Shown here: positions 10,429 through 17,747 of the stretch, piece after piece
How positions within the stretch are numbered: position 1 is the stretch's first letter
How the letters are laid out: each line of letters begins with the position of its first letter
Source of the DNA: an uncultured bacterium
Lineage (GTDB): Bacteria; Patescibacteriota; Minisyncoccia; Phycocordibacterales; Phycocordibacteraceae
Reading direction: 5' to 3'
Assembly: GCA_947085985.1 (NCBI GenBank)
Contig: CAMTYL010000003.1
Location: 298,108 to 362,107, forward strand
Length of the DNA stretch: 64,000 bases
The notes under the pieces: model-generated
Told to the model about the DNA's origin: nothing
The model's database searches: none
Seen by the model: the letters and a program-made list of their open reading frames with translations, nothing else
Position numbers and translations under genes: made by a program

Positions 10429-10462
10429 AGGGCCCGACGAGCAATCGTCGGGCCCTTTCTGC
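10429..10462 (+). terminator. identical second copy of the 34-nt hairpin terminator element
   Basis: Exact sequence match to 9156-9189. Confidence 0.6.
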
Positions 10463-10486
10463 CAGCTTTCGCGGTCGCTATGTAGC

Positions 10487-11050
10487 CTAGTACCAAACAC
10501 CGTCTACCTTGCGTGCCTCAAGCGTAATTCTTTCTGAGTCTGATATGTGGATTTTGACACGAGCTACATTGCTCTCAAACGTCCACTCGGTTCTTTCAGC
10601 GGTCAACATGTCACGAGTAATAGACATGGAAGCCAAGAATTCAATGATGTTCTTGAAGTCTTCGTCGGAAGTTGCAGCGAACTGAGCCTGTGCACTTTCT
10701 GACACGGCCTTTGCTAGATACGCTCTAATTTCGGGCAGATTACCCGTTTCAAGAAGTGCCTGGCGTTTAAGGAGCGCCTCTATCACGAGAGCTTTCTCGC
10801 TAGTGTCTGTGGCGCTCGCCTGCGACTGTGCAGGAGCGGCCGCAGTAGGCGCAGTTGCTGGCGTGGGAGCCGCGGACACTGGCACAGAATCATTTTCTTT
10901 TTCCATGGTGTTTGTTTCGGTTGACGGTGTAATAGCAGTATCTGGAATTGGTGCAACGTCCGTTGCTTGATTGGTGTATAGGTATGCTCCGACACCCGCC
11001 ACAATACTACCTACTACGGCAAGTAAAATTATTACAATTTTCATCTTCAT
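10487..11050 (-). CDS. hypothetical membrane-anchored protein with Pro/Ala/Thr-rich linker
   Basis: N-terminal TM 'IVIILLAVVGSIVAGVGAYL'; start codon abuts conserved promoter module. Confidence 0.45.
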   Translation of the reverse strand: MKMKIVIILLAVVGSIVAGVGAYLYTNQATDVAPIPDTAITPSTETNTMEKENDSVPVSAAPTPATAPTAAAPAQSQASATDTSEKALVIEALLKRQALLETGNLPEIRAYLAKAVSESAQAQFAATSDEDFKNIIEFLASMSITRDMLTAERTEWTFESNVARVKIHISDSERITLEARKVDGVWY

Positions 11051-11095
11051 ACCAAAACTATATCATTTCTGTACTTCTGGGAATTAATGTTGACC
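11051..11095 (-). promoter_or_regulatory. copy 1 (divergent variant) of repeated promoter module; core AATGATATAGTTTTGGT directly 5' of ATG
   Basis: Shares core with copies at 12662, 13355, 14363, 15265, 15916. Confidence 0.5.
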
Positions 11096-11098
11096 AAC

Positions 11099-11998
11099 CT
11101 ACGAAACAAGTTTTGAAAGAAGTGCCATGCGTACCGTAAGTCCGTAGCCTGCTTGTTTGAAATACACTGCTTTCTCCGACATATCTACGTCCGGCGCTAT
11201 TTCATCAACCCGAGGAAGCGGATGCATGATTATAGAGCCCTGCTTCATGGCGTCAGCATGTGCACGAGTAAGTACGTACTTCCCCTTCAATTTTTCATAC
11301 TCGCCAGCATCTGCGAATCGCTCCTTCTGAATTCTGGTCATGTAAACCACGTCTGCATCTGCGAGCACAGATTCCAAGTCCTCTGTTTCTATAACCAGCA
11401 CTCCCCGTGCGCGCAGATACTCAAGTATGTCGGCACCCATGCTAAGTTCTGGTGGAGACACAAAAGTAAGAGAAATATTTTCGTATCGTGCTAAAAGATA
11501 TGCGAGTGACCGTATGGTCCTTCCGTGCTTAAGGTCGCCCACTGCAGTTATGTGCAGACCATCCGTCTTCCCCACCTCCTTCTGTATCGTGTACAAATCT
11601 AAAAGTGCTTGCGTGGGGTGCTGTCCAGGCCCATCACCTGCATTTATTACTGGAATAGTAGCAACCTGCGAGGCACGATTACACGCTCCTTCTTCAAAGT
11701 GACGCAGCACCACTACATCCGCGTACTGATTCATCATCTTCATCGTGTCTTCTATCGTTTCGCCCTTGGCCGCCGACGAGAACTCTTTGGCATTTTCAGT
11801 TGAAATAACCGTACCGCCGAGCCGCTGCATCGCAGATTCAAAAGAAAGCCTTGTCCTTGTAGAAGGCTCATAGAAGAGCGATGCCATAATCTTTCCCTGA
11901 AGCGAGGTATTGCGGACTCCTTCCAGTGTGTCTGCCAGTGCAAATAGCTCCTCAAGTCCCTTCCTATCAAATTGCTGCGATTCAAGTACGTGCTGCAT
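11099..11998 (-). CDS. pyrB: aspartate carbamoyltransferase catalytic subunit
   Basis: 'STRTR', 'HPTQ' and 'HPLPR' signature motifs. Confidence 0.85.
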   Translation of the reverse strand: MQHVLESQQFDRKGLEELFALADTLEGVRNTSLQGKIMASLFYEPSTRTRLSFESAMQRLGGTVISTENAKEFSSAAKGETIEDTMKMMNQYADVVVLRHFEEGACNRASQVATIPVINAGDGPGQHPTQALLDLYTIQKEVGKTDGLHITAVGDLKHGRTIRSLAYLLARYENISLTFVSPPELSMGADILEYLRARGVLVIETEDLESVLADADVVYMTRIQKERFADAGEYEKLKGKYVLTRAHADAMKQGSIIMHPLPRVDEIAPDVDMSEKAVYFKQAGYGLTVRMALLSKLVS

Positions 11999-12013
11999 GA
12001 CTTCTTGAATCTT

Positions 12014-12661
12014 CTAGAACTCGTGAGCTTCTTCCTCTGCGAGATTTACAAAAGAAATTCCTACCGCTTCTAGCTGGCCGCCTATCCAGCGCGGAATGGA
12101 GGTCTGTCGGTAGTTCTCTGTATACATGGCGTCGTGTATCGGGAATGCTACGCGTGGGTTGATAGTTTTCGCGTAATCAATAGCGGTAGAGATTTTATGC
12201 CATGGTCCGCCCGTTGGGAGCGCGAGAATTTCCACCTGCTTATTTGGCACATCGTGGAGCGCGTCTCCTGGCATGTAGAGCTTACCGGCGATTAGAAAGC
12301 CGGTGTTTCTACATGGTGACGAGTCGCCGTAGATAATCGCATGCTCGGTACCAAAGCTTTCTATGGACACCCCTGCAACGTCCACTGTCTCGCCAGGTTC
12401 AATAGCAGTCCACGCAATACCCGCCTCTGTCAGCTTCTCACCTACTCCTGCATGCGTAATCACCTGCGCATCGGGATTTCTCGCGAGCACTTCCTGCAAC
12501 TTCGGTATATCAAAGTGGTCCTGGTGCTCGTGTGTGATAAGCACGGCAGAAAGGCCGGACACGTCCGGCACGGTAGCGCTGTATGAACCAATGTCGGTAA
12601 GAATTTTCACTCCGTCAATTTCCACCAGCAAACAGGACTGTGCATACTTCGTGATGTTCAT
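12014..12661 (-). CDS. MBL-fold metallo-hydrolase
   Basis: 'ITHEHQDH' HxHxDH zinc-binding motif; start abuts promoter module copy 2. Confidence 0.7.
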   Translation of the reverse strand: MNITKYAQSCLLVEIDGVKILTDIGSYSATVPDVSGLSAVLITHEHQDHFDIPKLQEVLARNPDAQVITHAGVGEKLTEAGIAWTAIEPGETVDVAGVSIESFGTEHAIIYGDSSPCRNTGFLIAGKLYMPGDALHDVPNKQVEILALPTGGPWHKISTAIDYAKTINPRVAFPIHDAMYTENYRQTSIPRWIGGQLEAVGISFVNLAEEEAHEF

Positions 12662-12700
12662 ACCAAAACTATATCATTCCCGCATTCCCAAGAATTGGTG
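12662..12700 (-). promoter_or_regulatory. copy 2 of repeated promoter module (ACCAATTCTTGGGAATGCGGGAATGATATAGTTTTGGT|ATG)
   Basis: Extended -10 'TGATATAGT' 6-7 nt upstream of ATG implies leaderless transcript. Confidence 0.55.
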
Positions 12701-12714
12701 GTGGCTGACCTGAC

Positions 12715-13320
12715 TCACGTAAGAATCTCTTGCTGCGTCAGAAACACTTCCACGGCATCGGCAAGCTTTTGGTGACCAGCACTGTTAGGATGCAGTCCAT
12801 CATCTAGGTCCTCGTTAGTAAGAAGCGGGTATACATCAAGTAATGGGAGGGCGTGTTCGCCAGCAACCTGTTTGATAAGCCCGTCATAGAGCCGGACACT
12901 TTGGTTGTCGTAGTTTTGGTCCTTGTCAGTCCACGGAATTGGCGTGAGCTTACTGTCTTCTACCTGGTTTAGTCCCAAGAAAAATACAGAGTCGGTAATC
13001 TCTCGAGCTTGCGCAACAAGCGCATGTAGATTTGCAACAAAATCCTCTGGCAAGACTCTTGTGTTCTCTCGAGTACCTGTGTACTGCGAATCATTAATAC
13101 CAATTGCAAAAAGAATGACGGTGCCTGCGCTAGACTTTCTAGCTTGTGCCTCAACCTTGAAACGAGCAAGGAGGTGCCCCGTGTTGTCTGCAGAAATACC
13201 GCAATTATAAAAACTGATATCCTGCTCTGCGTACTTGTTCCGTAATCTCGTGACCCAACCACCTCCCTCATTATCGTTCGCGCCCCAAGTGATACTGTCG
13301 CCGAATACTATAATTCTCAT
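12715..13320 (-). CDS. SGNH/GDSL-family hydrolase
   Basis: 'IIVFGDSITWG' GDSL block I, later 'GLHPN', 'DGLHP' blocks. Confidence 0.7.
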   Translation of the reverse strand: MRIIVFGDSITWGANDNEGGGWVTRLRNKYAEQDISFYNCGISADNTGHLLARFKVEAQARKSSAGTVILFAIGINDSQYTGTRENTRVLPEDFVANLHALVAQAREITDSVFFLGLNQVEDSKLTPIPWTDKDQNYDNQSVRLYDGLIKQVAGEHALPLLDVYPLLTNEDLDDGLHPNSAGHQKLADAVEVFLTQQEILT

Positions 13321-13354
13321 GGAGTAAGTGTATCAAATATGCCCCGTCCTTACC

Positions 13355-13393
13355 CCAAAACTATATCATTCCTGCGTTTCTAAGAATTAGTTC
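13355..13393 (-). promoter_or_regulatory. copy 3 of repeated promoter module, here 35 nt upstream of the start of 12715..13320
   Basis: CCCCAAAACTATATCATTCCTGCGTTTCTAAGAATTAGT. Confidence 0.5.
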
Positions 13394-13408
13394 TGACAGA
13401 TCCATTTA

Positions 13409-14362
13409 TTACCGATGCGAAGGGCTGGATTGCGCAGTACTAATCTGTTCAAGGCGGGTAAGCATTTCAGGTGGAGAGTATGCCGACACCTCTGTAAAAG
13501 CCCTGTCTAGAAAGGCCTGTATGTCCGCTGGCCTTGCATTAGCAAGCGCGGGGGTTGCTTCAACAGCACGCACCATACGGTCCGCTATAACTGCGGACAT
13601 AAGCGAAGAATGGCTTCCATCGAACAGATCTGTTTCTGACTTAAAATCAAATCCCGTTTCTGCTCGCCCGTCACGAGTTGGTTCCATTCCGAGTGCAGAA
13701 AGGTGCTGAGTCACTATGGCGCGAATTCCAGCTGACTGCTCTTCCTTTCCATAATGCACAACGAGAGAGTCTGGGTGCTTAAGAAAATACTGCAAGTTCC
13801 CTGGAATTTTAAATGAGATGCGGTCGCCATTCTTTATAGAAAGGTCAGACAGGTCTTTCGCGAGGGCCGGCAGAGCATTCTGAAATGCCATCACTCGTGC
13901 AAGCACCTCTTCCGAGCTACCCGAACCAGCTGGGACAGTAAAGTATTCCTTGCGTGAAATTACCACCTCAACGGGCGCTCCTTCTATGGTCTTCTTCATG
14001 CGCGTTCGGTTCCTTTGCGCGTCCTTCGTGCCTGTATACGAAAACCAACCAATATCGTTATCTACCGGAAGCCCCTGAGCGATGGCTTCGCGAGCTACAT
14101 TCTTGAGATTTTCTTCGTACGCCTGTGCTGCGGCTTCGCCTCCAATGTCTTTTTCTAACCTCTTCAGTTCTGTGTTTGATACCCGATTCACCATGTAACT
14201 GTAAAGAGAGCGCGTGAGCCACTCACGCGAAGGATTATTCTTAAGTTGCATGACGATTGATTGCAAACCCTCCTCGCGGGCAGAATCAGTAAACTTTTCT
14301 GGCATCGTAACGGTCGCAGAAACCTGTTCCTTATCCGCACGTACCTTCTCAATTCCCTCCAT
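13409..14362 (-). CDS. hypothetical protein (317 aa)
   Basis: Long ORF, start abuts promoter module copy 4; no recognised family. Confidence 0.4.
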   Translation of the reverse strand: MEGIEKVRADKEQVSATVTMPEKFTDSAREEGLQSIVMQLKNNPSREWLTRSLYSYMVNRVSNTELKRLEKDIGGEAAAQAYEENLKNVAREAIAQGLPVDNDIGWFSYTGTKDAQRNRTRMKKTIEGAPVEVVISRKEYFTVPAGSGSSEEVLARVMAFQNALPALAKDLSDLSIKNGDRISFKIPGNLQYFLKHPDSLVVHYGKEEQSAGIRAIVTQHLSALGMEPTRDGRAETGFDFKSETDLFDGSHSSLMSAVIADRMVRAVEATPALANARPADIQAFLDRAFTEVSAYSPPEMLTRLEQISTAQSSPSHR

Positions 14363-14401
14363 ACCAAAACTATATCATTCCTGCGTTTCCAAGAATTGGT
14401 G
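14363..14401 (-). promoter_or_regulatory. copy 4 of repeated promoter module
   Basis: ACCAAAACTATATCATTCCTGCGTTTCCAAGAATTGGT immediately after 'cat' of the start codon. Confidence 0.55.
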
Positions 14402-14440
14402 GGAACGACACCTTTTAGGCGACGCTAGATCTTTATACGG

Positions 14441-14470
14441 GTTGACAAAGTGTATATTATAGTGTTATAC
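14441..14470 (+). promoter_or_regulatory. sigma70-type promoter TTGACA-N18-TATACT for 14508..15188
   Basis: Consensus -35; transcript would start ~35 nt upstream of ATG. Confidence 0.5.
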
Positions 14471-14507
14471 TATATGCAGTTTTCCCAACCACATCGAGGC
14501 TTGCGAA

Positions 14508-15188
14508 ATGACCTTTGCGAATGAAATCGAAGACCGGCCCGTTCCGGTTATCAAGGTGGAGCCCACCGAGCGGGGTTTCCTGCGTAGCGACTTCAGAGAC
14601 ATCTACGGAACTTTCTGCTCGCTGCAAGAGAGCTCTCTGGCATCTGAAGACGCCATCTGGCTCGGCACGAACATCGAAGGTGTCGGTGGCAATCGCATGC
14701 ACCTCGACCAGAACATGGTCTCGGCGATGCTGCCCTATCTCATGCACTTCGCCAAACACGGCAACCTGCGTCTGAAGAGGATCGGTGTCGTCGGTTACTG
14801 TCCGCCCACCAAGTTCGACGAGAACGAGGCGCGACGTGCAATCATCGACGCCTACGACCAACTGGCCGACCTTTACTTCGACCAATCGATCGCTATCGTG
14901 TCTGGCCTGAGCGACGTCGGCGTGTTGGCCATCGCCTATGCGGAAGCGCAGAAGCGAGGGTGGATGACCGTGGGCGTGGCCTGCGAACGCGCCATGGAAC
15001 ATCCGCTGTTCCCCGTGAACGTTCCGATCGTCGTTGGCGAAGAGTGGGGTAACGAAAGCCCCATGTTCGTCGGCATGCTCGACGGCATCGTCCGCATCGG
15101 CGGCGGCAAGCAGTCCATCCGTGAGACCGAAGAGGTCAAAGCGCGCGGACTGCCCACGCTCGAGTACGACGTGTCCGTCTTCGACTAG
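14508..15188 (+). CDS. GC-rich protein, possibly Rossmann-like LOG/SLOG/DprA-superfamily (low confidence)
   Basis: Pattern 'IAIVSGLSDVGVLAIAYAEAQKRG...TVGV...IVRIGGGKQSIRETEE' resembles LOG/SLOG 'sGxxxGxM...GGxGTxxE' layout; own promoter and terminator (15210-15246). Confidence 0.3.
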   Translation: MTFANEIEDRPVPVIKVEPTERGFLRSDFRDIYGTFCSLQESSLASEDAIWLGTNIEGVGGNRMHLDQNMVSAMLPYLMHFAKHGNLRLKRIGVVGYCPPTKFDENEARRAIIDAYDQLADLYFDQSIAIVSGLSDVGVLAIAYAEAQKRGWMTVGVACERAMEHPLFPVNVPIVVGEEWGNESPMFVGMLDGIVRIGGGKQSIRETEEVKARGLPTLEYDVSVFD

Positions 15189-15264
15189 TTCCCGAACCCC
15201 GTGTACGAGGAAGCCCCGCGCTTACTTGTATGCGGGGTTTTCTTTTAGGTTTCACGAGGCCAAT

Positions 15265-15300
15265 CCCCTATATCATTCCTACTTTTCCAAGAATTGGTAG
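15265..15300 (-). promoter_or_regulatory. copy 5 (truncated, orphan) of repeated promoter module, not adjacent to any minus-strand start
   Basis: CCCCTATATCATTCCTACTTTTCCAAGAATTGGT lies between the terminator of the GC-rich + gene and the stop of 15319..15915. Confidence 0.45.
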
Positions 15301-15318
15301 TGACTGTTTCTCTTATAC

Positions 15319-15915
15319 CTACAATGAGCGAATGTCTTCTACAATTTCAGGAAATTCGGATTGGTTGAAGTGTTGTCGGCCGGTGAACACACGCACAGTC
15401 GCAGTTTCGAGCTCGCGCTGGTAGCGCTCAAAACTTGAGAACGGCACAACTTCGTCGTCTTTGCTGTGGTAGAGAAATACTTTCCCTCCCTGCTTTTCTA
15501 ATCCTGAAAGGTTGGTGAGAATATTGAAGTCCACGTATGGATTCTCGTCCTGAGCATTGTATGGCGCAGCCACTAGGAGTGTGGCTTTTATGCTTTTTGG
15601 ATACACCTCTTCAGACAAATACTTCGCTAGGAATATCCCTCCGAGCGAGTGCCCAATGAAAATTACACCTTCGTCCAGTAGTGGCACGTACTTATCAAAG
15701 ATAATTTTCCACTCTGCGTAGCGCGCATTTGATGGATTTGGCATGCGCGGAGCAATCACTTCGTACGTGTCTCCAAGAGTTGTGGCGAGGCCCCCTTTCC
15801 AACTAGTAGTGCGGGAGTTGTCCAGACTGACCTCCCACTGCTTCAGCGACTCTATGTATTCCTCGTACGTGTCATATGCGTCCCCGCCATGAATCACGAA
15901 TACCTGTTGCTTCAT
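15319..15915 (-). CDS. alpha/beta-fold serine hydrolase (YdeN-like)
   Basis: 'GHSLGG' nucleophile elbow; start abuts promoter module copy 6 (15916-15952). Confidence 0.65.
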   Translation of the reverse strand: MKQQVFVIHGGDAYDTYEEYIESLKQWEVSLDNSRTTSWKGGLATTLGDTYEVIAPRMPNPSNARYAEWKIIFDKYVPLLDEGVIFIGHSLGGIFLAKYLSEEVYPKSIKATLLVAAPYNAQDENPYVDFNILTNLSGLEKQGGKVFLYHSKDDEVVPFSSFERYQRELETATVRVFTGRQHFNQSEFPEIVEDIRSL

Positions 15916-15969
15916 CCCAAAACTATATCATTCCTGCGTTTCCAAGAATTTATAGAAGCTGAGCCGCAT

Positions 15970-16524
15970 TTATACTTCCGTATCTTGAAGCTGCTTAATT
16001 TCCCTTTCAATCTCAAGAAATTGTTTTTTATCTAGCAAGTCAGCGAGAATTTTTTGTCTCGTCTTGTATTGCTCTTCCGTTACACAGCGCTCCTCATATA
16101 AGCTCTGATAAAGGGCTCCTGCATTTGCTTCGATGCTCCACACCGCGTTGCCCATGTCGTTGGTAGAGGAAAATCTGCCATCGAGATTATCTCTAACAAT
16201 ACGTTGCAGTGCTTGTCTAATGCCGTTTGCATCTTGCATCCACACTTTTACTTGAGCTTTGTTCTTCTCAATCTGACTTCTACTTGTCCAGTGCTGCCAT
16301 ATTGATACACCAACGAAACCGAGTCCCAGAATTGTAGAGATAATTGACCACCAAAGGAAGAAGTCAACCTGAAAAGAGGCCCACGTTGTGCGCAGAAATG
16401 ACACACCACTGAGTACCCCTATAACAAAGCTAGCTACTACGAAGGTAAGTGTTTTGTGTGTATTCATTTTACTAATTGGATTTAGTGCAGAAACGATTCG
16501 TACTAACTTGAGTTTCTCATTCAT
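15970..16524 (-). CDS. hypothetical membrane protein (2 TM)
   Basis: Two hydrophobic helices in N-terminal half. Confidence 0.4.
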   Translation of the reverse strand: MNEKLKLVRIVSALNPISKMNTHKTLTFVVASFVIGVLSGVSFLRTTWASFQVDFFLWWSIISTILGLGFVGVSIWQHWTSRSQIEKNKAQVKVWMQDANGIRQALQRIVRDNLDGRFSSTNDMGNAVWSIEANAGALYQSLYEERCVTEEQYKTRQKILADLLDKKQFLEIEREIKQLQDTEV

Positions 16525-16661
16525 CTTAAATATAACTAAGTGCCCAGGCTAGAGAGCGCAGATGCGAGGCGCGAGCGAGGACCAAACCGAGCCGTACTCA
16601 TAGTACGGTGAGGGCGGACCGGAGTTAGCAACAAAGCAGGTGCGTTCTATAGCCGGTTCCA

Positions 16662-17696
16662 CTACCAATTCAGCTGGCCGCCAGTCTTGTATTCAGTCAC
16701 CCTCGTCTCAAAGAAGTTCTTCTCCTTGTTCAAGTCCACTGCCTCTCCCATCCACGGGAACGGATTCTCCACGTTGTACTGAAGCGGAAGTCCTACGGAC
16801 GCCAAGCGACGGTCTGCGATGTGCTCAATGTACTGCTTGAATCCGTCTGCGTTCATACCAAAGATGCCGCGTGGGAATACCTCCGTTGCAAACGTGTACT
16901 CCAGCACCACGGCGCGCTTGATGAGGTCTACAATTCTCTGCTGGAACTCAGGAGTCCAAAGCTCTGGCTGCTCTTCCTTGATACCGTTGATGAGGTTGAT
17001 ACCAAAGTTCAAGTGCTGCGACTCGTCGCGCATGATGTACTGAATCTGCTCTGCAGACCCGGTCAACTTGTTCTGGCGCTGGAACCCGAACATAACCGCA
17101 AACGATGAGTAGAAGAAGATACCCTCCATCACGAGTGAGAACACGCAGAGGTTCTCTAGGAAGAGCTGGTCGTTCTCAAAGGTACCGGTCTTGAAGTTCG
17201 GGTCAAAGATTCCCTCGTTCAAGTTGAGCACCATGTTGTCCTTGTTGTAGATAGCCTCTACCTCGCGGTACATGTTGAAGATCTTTGACTCGTCCATACC
17301 GAGTGACTCCACGATGTACTGGTACGCGTGGGTGTGAATCGCCTCTTCGTATCCCTGACGAAGAAGGTACATGCGGCACTCAGGACTCGTGATGTGCTTG
17401 TAGATAGCGAGCACTACGTTGTTGGCGGCGATAGAGTCTGCCGTGGTGAAGAAGCCGAGCACCGTCTCAAACGCCTTGCGCTCGTCTGCGGTGAGCACGT
17501 TTGGCGCCTTCCACTGCTCAATGTCGCGCTGCATGCTGATTTCCGTAGGAAGCCAGTGATTACTGTTTCCTACCGTGTACGCGTCCCACGCAAAGGTGTG
17601 ACGCATTGGGTAGAGCTGCATCACGTCTGCGTCTCCACCATTGATGATGCGACGAGAGTTGATGTCTACTGCTTTGGCTCCTACGTTAATTGGCAT
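16662..17696 (-). CDS. nrdB: ribonucleoside-diphosphate reductase beta subunit (class I R2)
   Basis: Ferritin-like diiron motifs ('EEAIHTHAY', 'DESQHLNF'). Confidence 0.85.
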   Translation of the reverse strand: MPINVGAKAVDINSRRIINGGDADVMQLYPMRHTFAWDAYTVGNSNHWLPTEISMQRDIEQWKAPNVLTADERKAFETVLGFFTTADSIAANNVVLAIYKHITSPECRMYLLRQGYEEAIHTHAYQYIVESLGMDESKIFNMYREVEAIYNKDNMVLNLNEGIFDPNFKTGTFENDQLFLENLCVFSLVMEGIFFYSSFAVMFGFQRQNKLTGSAEQIQYIMRDESQHLNFGINLINGIKEEQPELWTPEFQQRIVDLIKRAVVLEYTFATEVFPRGIFGMNADGFKQYIEHIADRRLASVGLPLQYNVENPFPWMGEAVDLNKEKNFFETRVTEYKTGGQLNW

Positions 17697-17747
17697 AGTC
17701 GGTTTCTCTTAAAGAACATTTAATAAGTCGACGGTTACGTCAGTCTG

